Assembly (NCBI GenBank): GCA_951406725.2
Contig: OX597815.1
Location: 50,344,001 to 50,408,000, forward strand
DNA length: 64,000 nucleotides
From: Octopus vulgaris
Lineage: Eukaryota
Reading direction: 5' to 3'
The notes beneath the pieces were generated by a model that was not told where the DNA came from, did not search any database, and worked only from the letters and a program-made list of their open reading frames with translations. Positions 1-13,745 of the stretch are shown here, piece by piece. Position 1 is the first letter of the stretch, and every line of letters begins with the position of its first letter. The translations under genes and the position numbers were made by a program.

Positions 1-351
1 GGTAAAAACTATTAAATTTGAATAACTGATCCTGAAAAATTTCACCTCCTAAAGCAAGATGGTCGCAAGTTAATCTTCAACCAGGATTATCTATTGGATT
101 AAAGCCTAAATGTTGTTCAGTGATGTCAACTATTTATGTATGCATAATTACTAGAGTTATAAAGAAAGGAAGAAATCAGAGACAGAGAAAAGGAAAGATA
201 GAGATATATAGTGATAGACAGATAGACAGAGCGAGAGAGAGGGGAGGGTCACTAAAAGTTAGTAATTAGAAAACTGAGGGTTTAAAGCTTACTTCCCGGT
301 TTAAATTTTGTTGTTATGATAGATTGATTAATCATAGATCATTTCTGTTTT

Positions 352-520
352 ACAGACCTGTGCTGGTGCCACGTTAAAAACAGCCAGTGCACACTGTAAA
401 GTGGTTGGCATTAGGAAAGGCATCCAGATGTAGAAACCAAACCAAATCAGACTGGAACTTGGTGCAGCTCACCAACCCCATGCTAGCATGGAAAAGAGAT
501 TTTAAGGGATGGTGATGAGA
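352..520 (+). mobile_element. RTE LINE 3'-end fragment (5'-truncated or SINE-like)
   Basis: Matches the 3' UTR of the RTE at 58140-58350 (GTGGTTGGCATTAGGAAGGGCATCCAG...CATGCTAGCATGGAAA) and ends in a GAT-type tail. Confidence 0.7.
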
Positions 521-949
521 TCTATGATCAGAAGTCATTCCATTAGTGACTATCTCATCAAAATGTATATTTAAAACTATGATGTCCAATGTACAAGTCC
601 TATTTTATCATTTGGTGGCTACAATTTATGGCAAGTCTAGAAACTGTAGAAAGGCTTCCTCTATTGTTTTCATTCATTGTGTGCAGTGATATCTTACTGG
701 TGTAAAGGTCAATACAGATAGGGGATTGTGATAGCATATTATTGTGTTGATCAATACAAAATAATTGTTGGTGATATATTACTGTGATATTTTGTACAAA
801 ATAGTGAAATGAAGTATATTGCTCAAGGACACGACTTATCATTATGAATTGAGCAGGAATTGAACACACAACCTTATCATCATGAGCCAAGCACCCAAAT
901 CATAGGCCTTGTACCTCCACCAAATTCAGTTGAAATATCGTATCTTGCA

Positions 950-1160
950 AGAATCAATTTTGCCTAATAAAAATACTGATGGGAGGGAAATAGTTGACTA
1001 CATTAATCTCAGTACTCAACTGGTACTTATTTTATCGACCTCAAAAGGATGAAAGGCAAAGTCAACCTCAGTGGAATCTGAACTCAGAATGCAAAGACGG
1101 CCAAAATACTGCTAAGTATTTTGCCCAGCATGCTAATGATTCTGCCAGCTCTCCAACTTA
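950..1160 (-). mobile_element. SINE family B (core GCCTTTCATCCTTTCGGGGTCGATAAA)
   Basis: Reverse complement of the repeat at 31434-31649; about 10 copies in the window. Confidence 0.8.
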
Positions 1161-1189
1161 ATAATGATGATGATGATGATGATAAAAGT

Positions 1190-1237
<48 letters not shown>

Positions 1238-1347
1238 ATAATGATGTAAAAGGATAATTTTAGTTTAATGCCAATTTATATTTCTAGCTATGTCATTTCC
1301 CCAAACTAAGTCTGAATGTAAGAATTACATAAATGCGACTATGAGGC

Positions 1348-1396
<49 letters not shown>

Positions 1397-2928
1397 AGAT
1401 ATATTGAGCAGAATAAAGCAAACAAAAAAAAAGGAAAAAAACAAGCAAGTAATGTCAAAATTTATTTGATCTCTACTCACAGCTATTCTAACTAAGGCTT
1501 TATTAGAATTATTTGCCTGAAGTGAGGAATTAATAACCAATTAACATGAAGTCTATAGAATCATATATTTATTCTTCTATGCTGTGAACTAATGAAGTTG
1601 GATTCTTGTCTTTCTAAGGATTCTCATTGCACAATAATGTCCAATAACTTATAAAACTATTTGCCATTAATGGATCTTAATAGCCAGGCAGAGATAAGAC
1701 ATGCATGCTCACACACTCACACACACACATGCTCAAATGCAAACTGACATAGACACACATGCATACACATGCAAAAATGCACACAGAAACAAATATACAA
1801 AAAACAAAACAAAAACAGGAAGAGAAATAAAACAAAAATTCCAATTAATGTTGAAGTCATATTTATTATTCAGCCAGATGTTAAAATTTCCGATGAAAAC
1901 AAACTTGAAATCAGACACTATAAAGAGTATATAAGAGCTTTTCTTTTTGGTTGATCTGGAAAGGTCGGTGACAAAAGAGGTCAATTCACTTGCAAGAGTC
2001 ACACAATAATGGTTTCTTCTATCGTTATGTATCCATCCAACTTGGTTAGAAAATGAAAAGGCTGATTTCTGGGGATATGTTTTATCAGAGAATTGCAAAC
2101 TGCTGTCCAAATTATTATTTTCTTTATATTCTATTCTAAATACACTCTGGGTTGTCTGTCTCAAGATATTTCTTTCTTGATGTCCTTTGGAATAAATAAT
2201 TCAGTCACTGAAAAGATAAATTGCTCTGATAGAATGTATGGCTATGAAATTTGTTGCCAGTTACACTATAATTGTTAAAGGGGGAGATACATGGTTTTTG
2301 CTATAAATGTCCCAAATGAGAAGAAATATATTTTATATCTCAACAAAAAAGGTCTAAGACGAGTGTTATTTTTCCCTAAATGGTCAAAACATCAAATACA
2401 GTGAGAAGCTAGAGAAATGCTATCAATTTTACAGTTCTAAGCAATAAAAGAATCATTGTGAAATGTTACTACACAATAAATCTTTCAAACTGCTTTCTTC
2501 ATGCTTGCTGTTTTTCCTTAGAACATTTTTCTGTGATTACAGATTATTGCCAGGTGCCATGGTGCCAATAATATAAACAGGCAACAATTGATTTTTAATC
2601 TTTGCAGCAAGACACGGAATTGAACTTCAGAATTCATATTGCAGAGAATTAATGAATACTTTTTATCTAATTTTGCAGGTCACTGTTCAAAATACTTTCT
2701 GATTCTTGTATAGATTTTATGTATAAATGGGAAGGAAAAAAATTCCATACATACAAGCACACACACACACACTCACACATACACACACATGCACACATAT
2801 ACATAAGTATATATATATATACATGTATGCATATATAAATATGTATATGTTAACGGATATATGTATATACATGTATGCACGAATAGGAGTATGTGTGTGG
2901 GTGCCTAAACATAAACATGTGTATTGTA

Positions 2929-2993
<65 letters not shown>

Positions 2994-3896
2994 GGAGCAA
3001 GGCACATGCATACATACAAACACACACGCACATCTATTTTGGAATGAGCTACACAACAGCATAAAAAACACAGAGGCATAGAGAACTCAGTACAAAGCTG
3101 TAGAGTAGGTTTTGAATTTATTTTATATTAAAATTACATCGATTATAACTATTATATTTTACTGATTTTCAGGCAATTACTGTAATAAATGAAGCATGAA
3201 ACATTAAAAAAAATAATAAAATAATGAATAAGCATGTTAACAATAGAACAGATTTTTTTATACAGTCAGATTTATTGTATGACACTCTCAGCTGGTCAGT
3301 CACTTGTCTTCATGATATATGACAACAAAAATAGCAAAAATTTTATTTATAAAAAATTGTGTTTTTCTCAGTGTGTTGGTGATTGTGTTATGTGAGATGC
3401 TACAGTTTTTATCTCTTACATAATTCCAAATATTCTTAATAGATAGCTTTATTTACAATGAGAAAATAATATATATTTTGAATGTCTGTTGAAGACGAGA
3501 CCTTTATAAAACAATAAATTTATTTTCTCTACGTAACAAAAATCACAACCATTGTTACCCTATTTATAAGCTTTGGCATGCTGCAACATATTAAAAACTG
3601 TTTTATTGTTATTTCATATAAGTTGTTCTCACACACACACACACACACACATGTATGTGTGTGTGTGCATGCATGTATGCATGCATACATGCATACATAC
3701 ATGCATACATACATACATGCATGCATGCATGCATACATACATACATACATACATACATACATACATACATACATACATACATACATACATACATACATAC
3801 ATACATACATACATACATACATACATACATACATACATACATACATACATACAAACAAACAAACAAACAAACAAACAAACAAAGAAACAAACAAAC

Positions 3897-4230
3897 AAGA
3901 GTGAGCTGAAAAATTTCATAGGCTGACTATGAAGGAATGGTACTAGAGCTGTCAAATCTTTTATGTATTAATTTCAATATTCTTATTGATAACTGCATTG
4001 TTCCTTCCCAGGTAAACTGACAACTGCCTGTTCAAGGGAGACTTCAAAAATAACTAGTAGCAACTTCTCATGATAATGGACAAAATTTGGCACTGTACTG
4101 TTATCAGGTACCTTCAGAAAAAGAATTTTGTCCCTATGGTCATACATGCTGACACGATTGCTGTATTAGGTGATGATGCACCAGCTTTATCAACAGTGCA
4201 AAAGTGAGCAGCTGAATTTAAGAAAAGGGT
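3897..4230 (+). pseudogene. Mariner transposon 5' fragment (degenerate TIR plus N-terminal HTH)
   Basis: From ATG 4076 it reads MDKIWHCTVIRYLQKK...IHADTIAVLGDDAPALSTVQK*AAEFKK, a typical mariner N-terminus; a SINE follows shortly after. Confidence 0.7.
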
Positions 4231-4274
4231 GTGCACCACCAGGTATCAAACTCACAACCTTATGATCATGAGCT

Positions 4275-4422
4275 AGTAGCTTGCTTACCAACCTCATGGT
4301 TCCGGGTTCAGTCCCACTGCGTGGCACCTCGGGCAAATGTCTTCTACTATAGCCTCAGGCCGACCAAAGCCTTGTGAGTGGATTTGGTAGATGGAAACTG
4401 AAGGAAACCCGTCGTATATATG

Positions 4423-4469
<47 letters not shown>

Positions 4470-4688
4470 GTGTGTGTGTGTGTTTGTGTGTCTGTGTTTG
4501 TCCCCAACATCGCTTGACAACCGATGCTGGTGTGTTTCCCCGTAACTTAGCGGTTCAGCAAAAGAGACTGATAGAATAAGTACTAGGCTTACAAAGAATA
4601 AGTCCTGGGATCAATTTGCTCGACTAAAGGCAGTGCTCCAGCATGGCCACAGTCAAATGACTGAAACAAATAAAAGAATAAAAGAATC
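4275..4688 (+). mobile_element. tRNA-derived SINE family A (internal (TA)n(TG)n tract)
   Basis: B-box-like GGGTTCAGTCCC head, central microsatellite, 3' end GGTGCTCCAGCATGGCCACAGTCAAATGACTGAAAC with AAAAGA-type tail; multiple copies in the window. Confidence 0.85.
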
Positions 4689-5297
4689 AAAGAAAAAATC
4701 ACTAAGCCACATGCCTTCACATACACACATACATACAAACATACATATATACATATATGTCTGCCTGTATGTGCATGTGTGTGAGTATGTGCATGTCTCT
4801 GTGTAAATATATTTGTCTAAGCATATGTATGTAGGCATGTGTGTATATGTATTGTGAAAAGAAAAAATCTGGAAAAGATTGAAGGAAGAGCAAAGCTGAA
4901 TTGAAATATGACAATTACAAAAATGAAAGAAGCTAACCTAAACAATGAAACATAACCTTCTCCGCCTTCTCTTACCATTATTTATTTATTTATTCTTGTA
5001 TACTAGTTTCTGTAGTCATTTTCTATTTCCACAGGGCCCTTAACTTTTGTCTCACAACTGCACCCTTGCTGATGGATGACAGATGGATGTTAGAAAGGGC
5101 TCTGGACCTACCACATTCATTTAAGATTGACATTTGCAATGCAGACATTAACAAAGGAGGCTGGAGATCTAATCTCTAGGGAGTGAGCAGGTAATAAAAT
5201 GGTGAACATGAAGTTGGAGCTTGTATTGTATCTAACACCACCCATGGAAAAGATGGCAGAGAACATGTATGTTTTTTATCAAGTTATAAGAATCCCT

Positions 5298-5524
5298 CTT
5301 TCTTTATTGCCCACAGGGGGCTAAACATAGAGGAGACAAACAAGGACAAAGGGATTAAGTCAATAACATCGACCTCAGTGCATAACTAGTACTTATTTAA
5401 TCGATCCCGAAAGGATGAAAGGCAAAGTCGACCTCGGTGGAATTTGAACTCAGAACGTAACGGCAGACAAAATGCCGCTAAGTATTTCGCCCGGCATGCT
5501 AACAATTCTGCCAGCTCACCGCCG
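5298..5524 (-). mobile_element. SINE family B
   Basis: Near full-length copy of the family B repeat. Confidence 0.85.
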
Positions 5525-5657
5525 TCAAGTTATAAGCATCCCTTTATCATTGTAACCCACTGAAACAAACACAAACACCAAAGACACACACATACATAAA
5601 TATTTCTATGTACGTATGTATGTATGTATGTGTGTGTGTGTATATATATATATATAT

Positions 5658-6048
5658 ACTCTTTTACTTGTTTCAGTCATTTGACTGTGGCCATGCTGGA
5701 GCACTGCCTTTAGTTGAGCAAATTGACCCCAGGACTTATTCTTTGTAAGCCTAGTACTTATTCTATCGGCCTCTTTTTGCTGAACTGCTAAGTTACGGGG
5801 ATGTAAACACACCAGCATTGGTTGTCAAGCGATATTGGGGGGACAAACACAGTTACACAAACACACACATATATATATATACATATATACGACGGGCTTC
5901 TTTCAGTTTCCGTCTGCCAAATCCCCTCACAAGGCTTTGGTTGGCCCAAGGCTATAGTAGAAGACACTTGCCCAAGGTGCCACACAGTGGGACTGAACCC
6001 GGAACCATGTGGTTGGTAATCAAGCTACTTACCACACAGCCACTCCTG
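5658..6048 (-). mobile_element. SINE family A, full length
   Basis: Reverse complement of 4275-4688, including head GAGTGGCTGTGTGGTAAG. Confidence 0.85.
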
Positions 6049-6081
<33 letters not shown>

Positions 6082-6174
6082 GTGGGGGGAGAGAGAGTTA
6101 CACATACATACATACATATATACATATATGTATGTGTGTGTAATTCTCTCTCTCTCTTTCTCTCCCTCTCTCTT

Positions 6175-6226
<52 letters not shown>

Positions 6227-6236
6227 GTGTACATAC

Positions 6237-7860
6237 ATCAATGACTGATGCATCTTGACACATCTTCAGTGATGTGCCTGGTATCATCAGGTGTTTCAGA
6301 TCTTCCAACATCATACACCCTCCTCCAGGTGACCCAGCTGGAGCTCATCAGACCCCAGCTTGTGTCCAGATGGCCAGCTAGCTACCCCATGGCTCTCTGC
6401 TTTTGATTCACAGCCATCTTGTGGCCCTCTCTGCTGCATTGGTGGTACTGTGGATGGCATTCCTCCTTCTCACTCCCTTGATGCCTAAACTGCCGAAGGC
6501 TCTGGTCAGGAAACGGGATGCAAAACCCCTGCATCCAACCTCCACTGGGTGACACCTTGCTCTTCAACCAGCCCACTGGCAGTCTCTGACCAGACCCACG
6601 TACTTGGAGAGCTTTCTCTCAAAAGCTTCTTCCAGGCAATCTTCCCATGGGACAGTCAGCTCCAGCAGCACCACTTGCTTGGTGGACTCAAACTTGAGGA
6701 CAATGTCTGGTCACAAAATGGTGACTGCAATGTTGCCAGGGAACTTCAGCTGACACTTAAGATCCATCAGCAGCTGCTAGCCTCTTGCAGATGTTAGGAT
6801 GCCCGCCGATGTTTTTCCGGCAAGGGTTGGCTATTCCTCAGCTCTGACAAAGGCAATGGTTTTCTTGGAGGGCCAGAACCGCTTCGCCCACACAAGTCCT
6901 GCACTGATGGCTTCAGTGATGGTCTTAAGGACTTAGTCATGCCTCCAGTGGCACCGTTCTTCTCCAAGTGTCTCCGTGCAGCAGCTGAAGACATGCTCCA
7001 GAGTTCCTCGCTTGGAACACAATGCACATGCTGTTTGATGGGCTTCGAAGCACATCGTACACTGCCTGTATGAGAAATTTAATGTGTTGAGGCTTGGCTT
7101 TCCACAGATCAGCTCAGGTCACTTTCCTCTCTACCACATTCTCCCATCTTGTCCAAGCTCCCTGCTGCTTTATTTCCACTGCCTTGCATGTTCTCATTTC
7201 CTCCACTGCATCTCTCACCTCCTACTAAGCAAGGCATCACCCTTCTTTCCCACTGGTGTTCATTTGCAGAGTCAGAAAGGAGCCTAGCCCAGCTCTGCCT
7301 CGTGTGACCACTCACACAAGTCTCCTTTGGTGCAACCTTGCCTCTGCCTCTTGAACTCTGTCCTCTGCTCTCCACTTCCTGCTAATCCTTTCTTGGATCG
7401 CTGCTTTAGCCACCTTCAGATCACAAGAGTCCCTGTACTGGACTACTTCTCTGGCTCTTGCCACCTTGAATTCCTCTTCCAATGATTTGAAGAACAACTG
7501 TAGTTTTGTGTTGTTGCCGTAGAACACGATGTTGCTCTCCGGCGGTGGTTGCTGACCCTCCTTTCTAAGGTCTCTACTGTTGAGATGAGGACTGCATAGA
7601 CAAGGAGGGGCCACAGGATCCTGGGAAGAATGTCATGCTGGTAGACACAGTCTTTGAACTTCACAGGTAGGCCTGATTTGTCCACAGATTTCAACCAGCC
7701 ATCCAACTCAGTGCAGGCTGACTGGACAGATAGAGTATCTCGCAATGAGCTGTCAAAAACCTTGCCCAAGATCTTGACTGGCTTCTCTGTGATTGTTGGA
7801 ATGGCTGTTCTTAAAATGTTAAACTGGAACTTCCCTTTCCTCAGCACCATAGTTCTGCTG
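6237..7860 (-). pseudogene. Hero-clade (R2 group, restriction-like endonuclease) non-LTR retrotransposon, 5'-truncated and degraded
   Basis: Minus-strand peptides TEKPVKILGKVFDSSLRD...VDKSGLPVKFK...ILPRILWPLLVY and SLEEEFKVARAREVVQYRDS, plus the RLE motif RPDIVL...VVLLELTVPWED...ERKLSKY...PVEVGCRGF (about 6520-6710); frameshifts and stops present. Confidence 0.85.
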
Positions 7861-8055
7861 TGGTGGATGGGTCTTCTTGAATACAGCACTGTGCTGGTCC
7901 TCTGTCATTTCCTTTTCAAAAAATATTTAGAGTGGATATTTAAAAGTAATCCAGGCTCAGTTTACCAGCTGATGATCAGAAATGAGTTCTGGAAACGAGA
8001 GGCTTTTAGTTATATATATTTATATACATGTGTGTGTGTGTAAATATATATATAT

Positions 8056-8273
8056 TCTTTTACACTTTTATTTGTCTCAGTTATTTGACTGTGGCTATGC
8101 TGGAGCACCGCCTGAAGTCGAACAAATTGGCCCCAGGACCCATTCTTTATAAGCCTAGTACTTATTCTATCAGTCTGTGTTGCCAAACCACTAGGTTATG
8201 GGGACATAAACACACCAGCATTGTTTGTCAAATGATGGTGGCGGGGACAAACATAGACACACAAACACATATG

Positions 8274-8317
<44 letters not shown>

Positions 8318-8652
8318 CACACACACGACAGGCTTCTTTCAGCTTCCATCTACCAAATTCACTCACAAGGCTTTGATCAGCCCAAGGCTATAGTAGAAGA
8401 CACTTGCTTGAGGTGCCACACAGTGGGACTGAGCATGGGACCATGTAGGTGGCAAGCAAGCTGCTTACCACACAGCCACTCCTGTGCCTATACGATGGGC
8501 TTCTTTTAGTTTCTGTCTACCAAATTCAATCACAAGTCTTTGGTTGGCCTGACCTGAGGTTATAGTAGACGATACTTGCCCAAAATACCACACAATGAAA
8601 TTGAACTCAGAATTATGTGGTTGGGAATGAAACTTCTTACCAGACAGCCATG
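8056..8652 (-). mobile_element. SINE family A, full copy (8056-8490) plus a diverged head fragment (8491-8652)
   Basis: Similarity to other family A copies. Confidence 0.8.
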
Positions 8653-9749
8653 ACTATTTTTCATTCTCAGTAATAAAAAAAAGTTAAGGCTATTAATTAA
8701 CTTATAGTTTGTCAGTATAATCTTTTTAATACACAATTCTAAATTTGAAGATTAAATAAGCCAAGACACCTTATTTTTGAAAACTAATAGAATCATTACT
8801 GGTCGTTATTTTCATTATTTGAATTAGGTAAGTAAATTTAGTAAAACAAGATTAATGAGAGTTTAACAGAAGTTTCTGTCTTTTGTCTATATTGGTACTT
8901 TCTGGAAATCTCTGACTATTTTCTGTTCAACATTTAACTATCAAAAATCAATATTAACTTCTAACTTAACCATTCCAAAAGTGTTTACTCATCTGGCTTA
9001 ATTAGGTTACCACACAATATGGACATGGTCCTATATTTAGATTGAATGATCAATAAATAAACTATTTTAAAATATTACTACACAGCATATAAGCAGATCA
9101 AAATATAATGTGGACAAATTAAAAGATAAAACGTTGTTCTGATTGTGTCAAGAATATATATTTGTAATGGTATGATTGAATCTACTAAAACGATGGCCTA
9201 ATGATTTAGAAGAAAAATGACAACATTTGGGAAGCAAAGAGAATTAATGAGAGAATTAATGAGAGATATTCAATGAAAGTAACAGTCTTGTTGTGATAGC
9301 AATGTGAAGATAATTACATTAATTTTGACATTAGTTTCAATGGTGTGTTTAAGCTAAAGCATAATAGTTATTTAGTTTGTTGGACTGAAAGTCAAATATA
9401 ATTAGCCAATGGACTAATTCAACTAAAACTACTTATGGTTACAAGTAAATCTACTTAGGAAAAGAATCAAGGTGAATTTGTTGAAAATATATAAATATAA
9501 ATTGAATTTTTTTTACAACTGTTGAGTGTTTAGATTGTTTCATAAATGTAAATAATCAAAAGACATATTGAGAAAGGAAGGAATGGTCACAGCTGGAATG
9601 CCTTTTGATCACAGATCTACTTGATGAGAGATCACTTACCTGAGGCATATCAACAACAAAACCTTGTCATTTATCATTCAAATGTTGAACAGATATTAAT
9701 GATGGTAACATTGCTATTATATTTTTTAAATTAATTACTCAGAGTTAGA

Positions 9750-10950
9750 CTGGAAGCATTAATAACCTTTAGTCGTGACCTCACAACTGATGGCGTCTGT
9801 GTGACTGATGTTCAATTTGAATTTCCTCTTTAAGTAAAAGACTGGAGGTAAAACATGGGCAATGAAAAATTTATTGTAGAGTGCAGTACTGGGAAGGAAG
9901 GATTGAGCAGTTGTAAAGTGTAAGAACTGGATATCAAACACCACAAGAATGAGAATAGGAGAAATGGTTAGGTTGAGTGGCTCCGAGTGAATATAGTACA
10001 CAGCTTGCTGTAGAAAAGGTAGAGAAGAAACAGTGTGGAAGTAATGTGTTTGTAAGTTGTTGGCATCAGTTGAATGGGTGTGGTCTAGGTGTTTTGGGGT
10101 TTTTTCATATGTAGCAATAGTGATGTCCCAGGTGGGCTAGCAATTGATATGACCTGATGTTTTTTCAGGTTTTCAAGAAAAATCCTTCTCTTTGAATTAA
10201 ATTTCTTCAGTTATATGAGATTCACATGAAGAATTCATTAAAGACTGTGATGCCTAGCATATGTCTGAATTTTGAAACTATTTTACAGTGTAAATTGGTT
10301 CTTAAGAGTGAGAAATCATTAGTTTATGATGGAAAAAGGCTAAAATAGCTTTACTTCTGCTCTTGCTGTTCTCTACCACAACCTGTAGAGAATTATTGTT
10401 GATAACTAAACAGCGATTTAAGGTGCTGAAGGAGGGGGGTTGTTTGGATCTGTTTTCATCCTGTTTGAGATATTTGAATTCAATGTGATAATGCATAATT
10501 GAAAGAGTTAGAGAGATTTCCTTTCTGGCAGATCATATACACCATTATATACTTTTAAAGATTAGAACAGGTTTCTGTAGAGAGAAGATTGCAGGGTTTG
10601 ATGAGGATTAGAACTAGCTCTAAGACATATTGTATGAGGATACTGGAGCATACACTATCAGGATTGGTCGTCTTACTGGTTTAAAGTGGCCAAAAAGACT
10701 GTTGAACTTGTTGATTATATATATGTGAGAAGTATAACAGGTGGAGTAGAGAATAGGTATTTGAAAGAAATTTTATTATGGGAAAAATGTGTAGTTAGAA
10801 GCAAAATAATCAGCCAATGTGAAAGCTTTATTGAGAGGAGATCCGTCTTGGTTTAAATGGATTCCTCAAATTAACATTGGTCATCTCAGCAATGGATCAG
10901 AAAGTTGAGCAACAATGTGTGTGGGGAAAAGATTCGTTGGCTATGTAATA
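9750..10950 (-). pseudogene. Ancient CR1/Jockey-like LINE RT remnant
   Basis: Minus-strand degenerate peptides resembling the RT N-terminus (KTTNPDSV...LELVLIL...KGNLSNSFNY) and the C-terminus (SFLPSTALYNK...AHVLPP); heavily mutated. Confidence 0.45.
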
Positions 10951-12039
10951 CATGAAAACAGCTATTATTGCTTTCCTTGTTTGTCTAGCACCAAGTCATA
11001 AGTCAGCTTATAATCAAGAACATTCCACCCATGGCCATTCCGTCTGTTTCCACTCATAGTGTAAGTATCAATGTGTCATTTCTTTTTTAAAATGTTAAGA
11101 TGAAGGAGATGCCAATGTTATTTCTAGGGAATCTAATAACCATGTAGAAGCTCCATTATGGACGGAGCTTATGGAAGCACCATTTAGTAAAGGTCACCTC
11201 TAGTGTATGTGTAAAGCATTTACAAGTAAACCACTTTGGAGATTAGAGATTTGGGAGTTTTGCTCATGTGTGGAATATGGAGAGATATGCTACAGAACAT
11301 GGATATGGAAAGTTTAAATTCTAAAGGGTTAAAGTATCTGAGTTTATTTTTCTTGTCTTGTTCCGTCTTTGTTTGGTCAGCCTTAATTGGTGACATTCTA
11401 GCCATAAACATTTTCATGTACTTTACAGTTATTATATATCTAGCAAATCATAACTGTGTAGCAAAATTTTCATTTTTTTTCTTATTTATTTATTTTGTGT
11501 TTGGTCAGTAAGTGGTATTTCCTATTTGCTTCTATTTAGAAATCAAAGGAAGTGACCACCATTCCCTTCAAACTTTGCTTTTGTAACTTGGACATTCAAT
11601 ATTTTGAAACTCACCTATATTTTCTATTACATTTCAGACATTTTCAGCACTGAGTTGTTGAAGCAGAAATATTATTACAGTAAATATTCTGCTCAATACC
11701 ACAGATTTGCTTGTCAGTTGCTTAACCCTAACCACTTGAGCATGACATTTAGTGACTGACAATATGTGCATCTCTGATCATAAACAAGGGTAGCAGGGGA
11801 GCATAATAGCCATGTGTTGAGAGAGAGTCTTTGGAGTTTGAATAAATGTGACAAAAGCAAGGAGGAAATATTAACAATCTTTCATACTTTCTAGGGGTAA
11901 GCAAATAGGAAACAACAGATGTTACCCAAGGATGATAACTATCCATCACTCAGCCATATTAGATGAGCCAGAAGTGAGGCACGTATACCGTCAAGATTAA
12001 TCAACAGAAAATTGACAATGCTCCTATTCGTTCACTGAC

Positions 12040-12489
12040 TTAACCCTTATTTATTCACATTTCTTTAAATTAATCATGCATTATTGAGTAACTTCAAGAC
12101 TTCAACCATGTGACTATTTTTTTTTCATAATGACACAGTAGGTTAGGTGTGAGAGGCAGAATCTGGCCAGTTTTAAGACAAAACATCATCATCATCATCA
12201 TCATCGTTTAACGTCAGCTTTCCATGCTAGCATGGGTTGGACAATTTGACTGAGGACTGGCGAACCAGATGGCTGCACTAGGCTCCAATCTTGATCCAAC
12301 AGAGTTTCTACAGCTGGATGCCCTTCCTAACGCCAACCATTCTGAGAGTGTAATGGGTGCTTTTATGTGCCACCAGCACGAGGGCCAATCAGACACTACT
12401 GGCAACGGCCACAAAAAAAATCGTGTTTTCTTTTTTTTTTTTTCTGAGTATTTGGGCCAAGTATGATTGGTTTAAATGCTAAACATTTA
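12040..12489. mobile_element. piggyBac-like MITE interrupted by an RTE 3' fragment (12186-12412, minus strand)
   Basis: The flanks 12040-12185 and 12447-12489 match the MITE at 47461-47679; the middle is a (CAT)n-tailed RTE 3' UTR. Confidence 0.7.
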
Positions 12490-12760
12490 AAGGATCTGAA
12501 ATTTATTGTCTTGTTCTATATTTGTTTGGTTGGCTTTAATTAAGCAGCAAACCTATAATGAAAGATGTTCTAGTCATGAACAATCTCATATATTTTTCAG
12601 GCATAATATAATATATCAAGATATATCTTTATTCAATGTGACTTTCTTGACTGTTGTTGTTATTATTGTCTGAAGAGCAACATATCAGCCTTAATCCAGA
12701 AAACTTATGATCAGAGACATTCCAGTCATGACCATCCCATCTTTGTTTCAGACATTGTGT

Positions 12761-12816
<56 letters not shown>

Positions 12817-13082
12817 GAGCTACATTAATGTACTCTTTTTTTATGAGCCATTACGATGGGATTTGGGTGAAGATTTGGTTGCTATTTCCAGCTGTTTGAG
12901 CAACCTGGAACTAAACATCAACATAGTCATAGTCCTCTAAAAAATTTAAGCAAAATGTAAGAAACATCCATTCCCAAAGGTATCCATCACTTAGATAGAA
13001 ATATGAAATGAATTCCCAGTTGTTCTGATTCTGTTTATTCCTCACCTAGAATTCTGCTTTGGAAATAAAACAAAAGCAGCTT

Positions 13083-13101
13083 AATAACAATAATAATAAT
13101 G

Positions 13102-13141
<40 letters not shown>

Positions 13142-13154
13142 TAATAATAATAAC

Positions 13155-13219
<65 letters not shown>
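13083..13219. repeat. (AAT)n microsatellite
   Basis: Read directly from the sequence. Confidence 0.95.
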
Positions 13220-13220
<1 letters not shown>

Positions 13221-13224
13221 GATG

Positions 13225-13745
13225 TTTTCAAAACCAAAGTTTACATCAAGTGGAGTCTGACATTGATACAATATATTCAACTGGAGACAAAAGAGAAGAG
13301 ATAGGGGCTGGTTATAAAATAAAGAAGCTACAACACTGAAGTACATCAGCAGTTGTGGAATACAAACAAAATAATCTCCACAAAGACAAAGGAGGTGAAA
13401 AAGAAATAAAGATATATAAAAAAACAGATGGAGACAAAATCTAGAAACCTTTAAAAAATGCATGTGGAGAACAACAGACAGTTATATCATTAAACCTTTT
13501 CATGGACAGTATGTCAAAACACTAATGGACCATGTCAAGTCTAGAAAAAAATATACATGTATTGGCTTAGCCATCACAACTTCAAGATTTACATAACAAA
13601 AATATATAGAACAAATAACATGGTGAATTTTTGTTAGGTATGTAAAGAAAACGACACACAAGAAATGATTGAACACATTACTAATTTTTGTTCCAACCTT
13701 GAAATGGGAAAGTACCGTGAATGATGTAACATGGTGAGGCTAATC
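13225..13745 (+). pseudogene. Degraded Dong/R4-like LINE C-terminal region
   Basis: KPFHGQY motif and a zinc-knuckle-like C*VCKEND.QEMIEHITNFCSNL...Y; directly follows an (AAT)n array, a known target of Dong-type elements. Confidence 0.45.

Noticed and set aside
2717-3955. ORFs rich in YI/CV/HT (also at about 19-21, 23, 32-35, 42, 44 and 60 kb)
   Set aside because: Translations of (TA)n, (CA)n and (TACA)n microsatellites.
5034-5190. Exon candidate with good acceptor and donor
   Set aside because: The longest frame hits a stop before the donor and the peptide is not recognisable.
6250-6335. GGGTGT...GAAACACC and CTGATGA/CTGAAGA words in the Hero LINE 3' end (minus strand)
   Set aside because: The motif order and stems do not fit a hammerhead; probably an ordinary 3' UTR hairpin.
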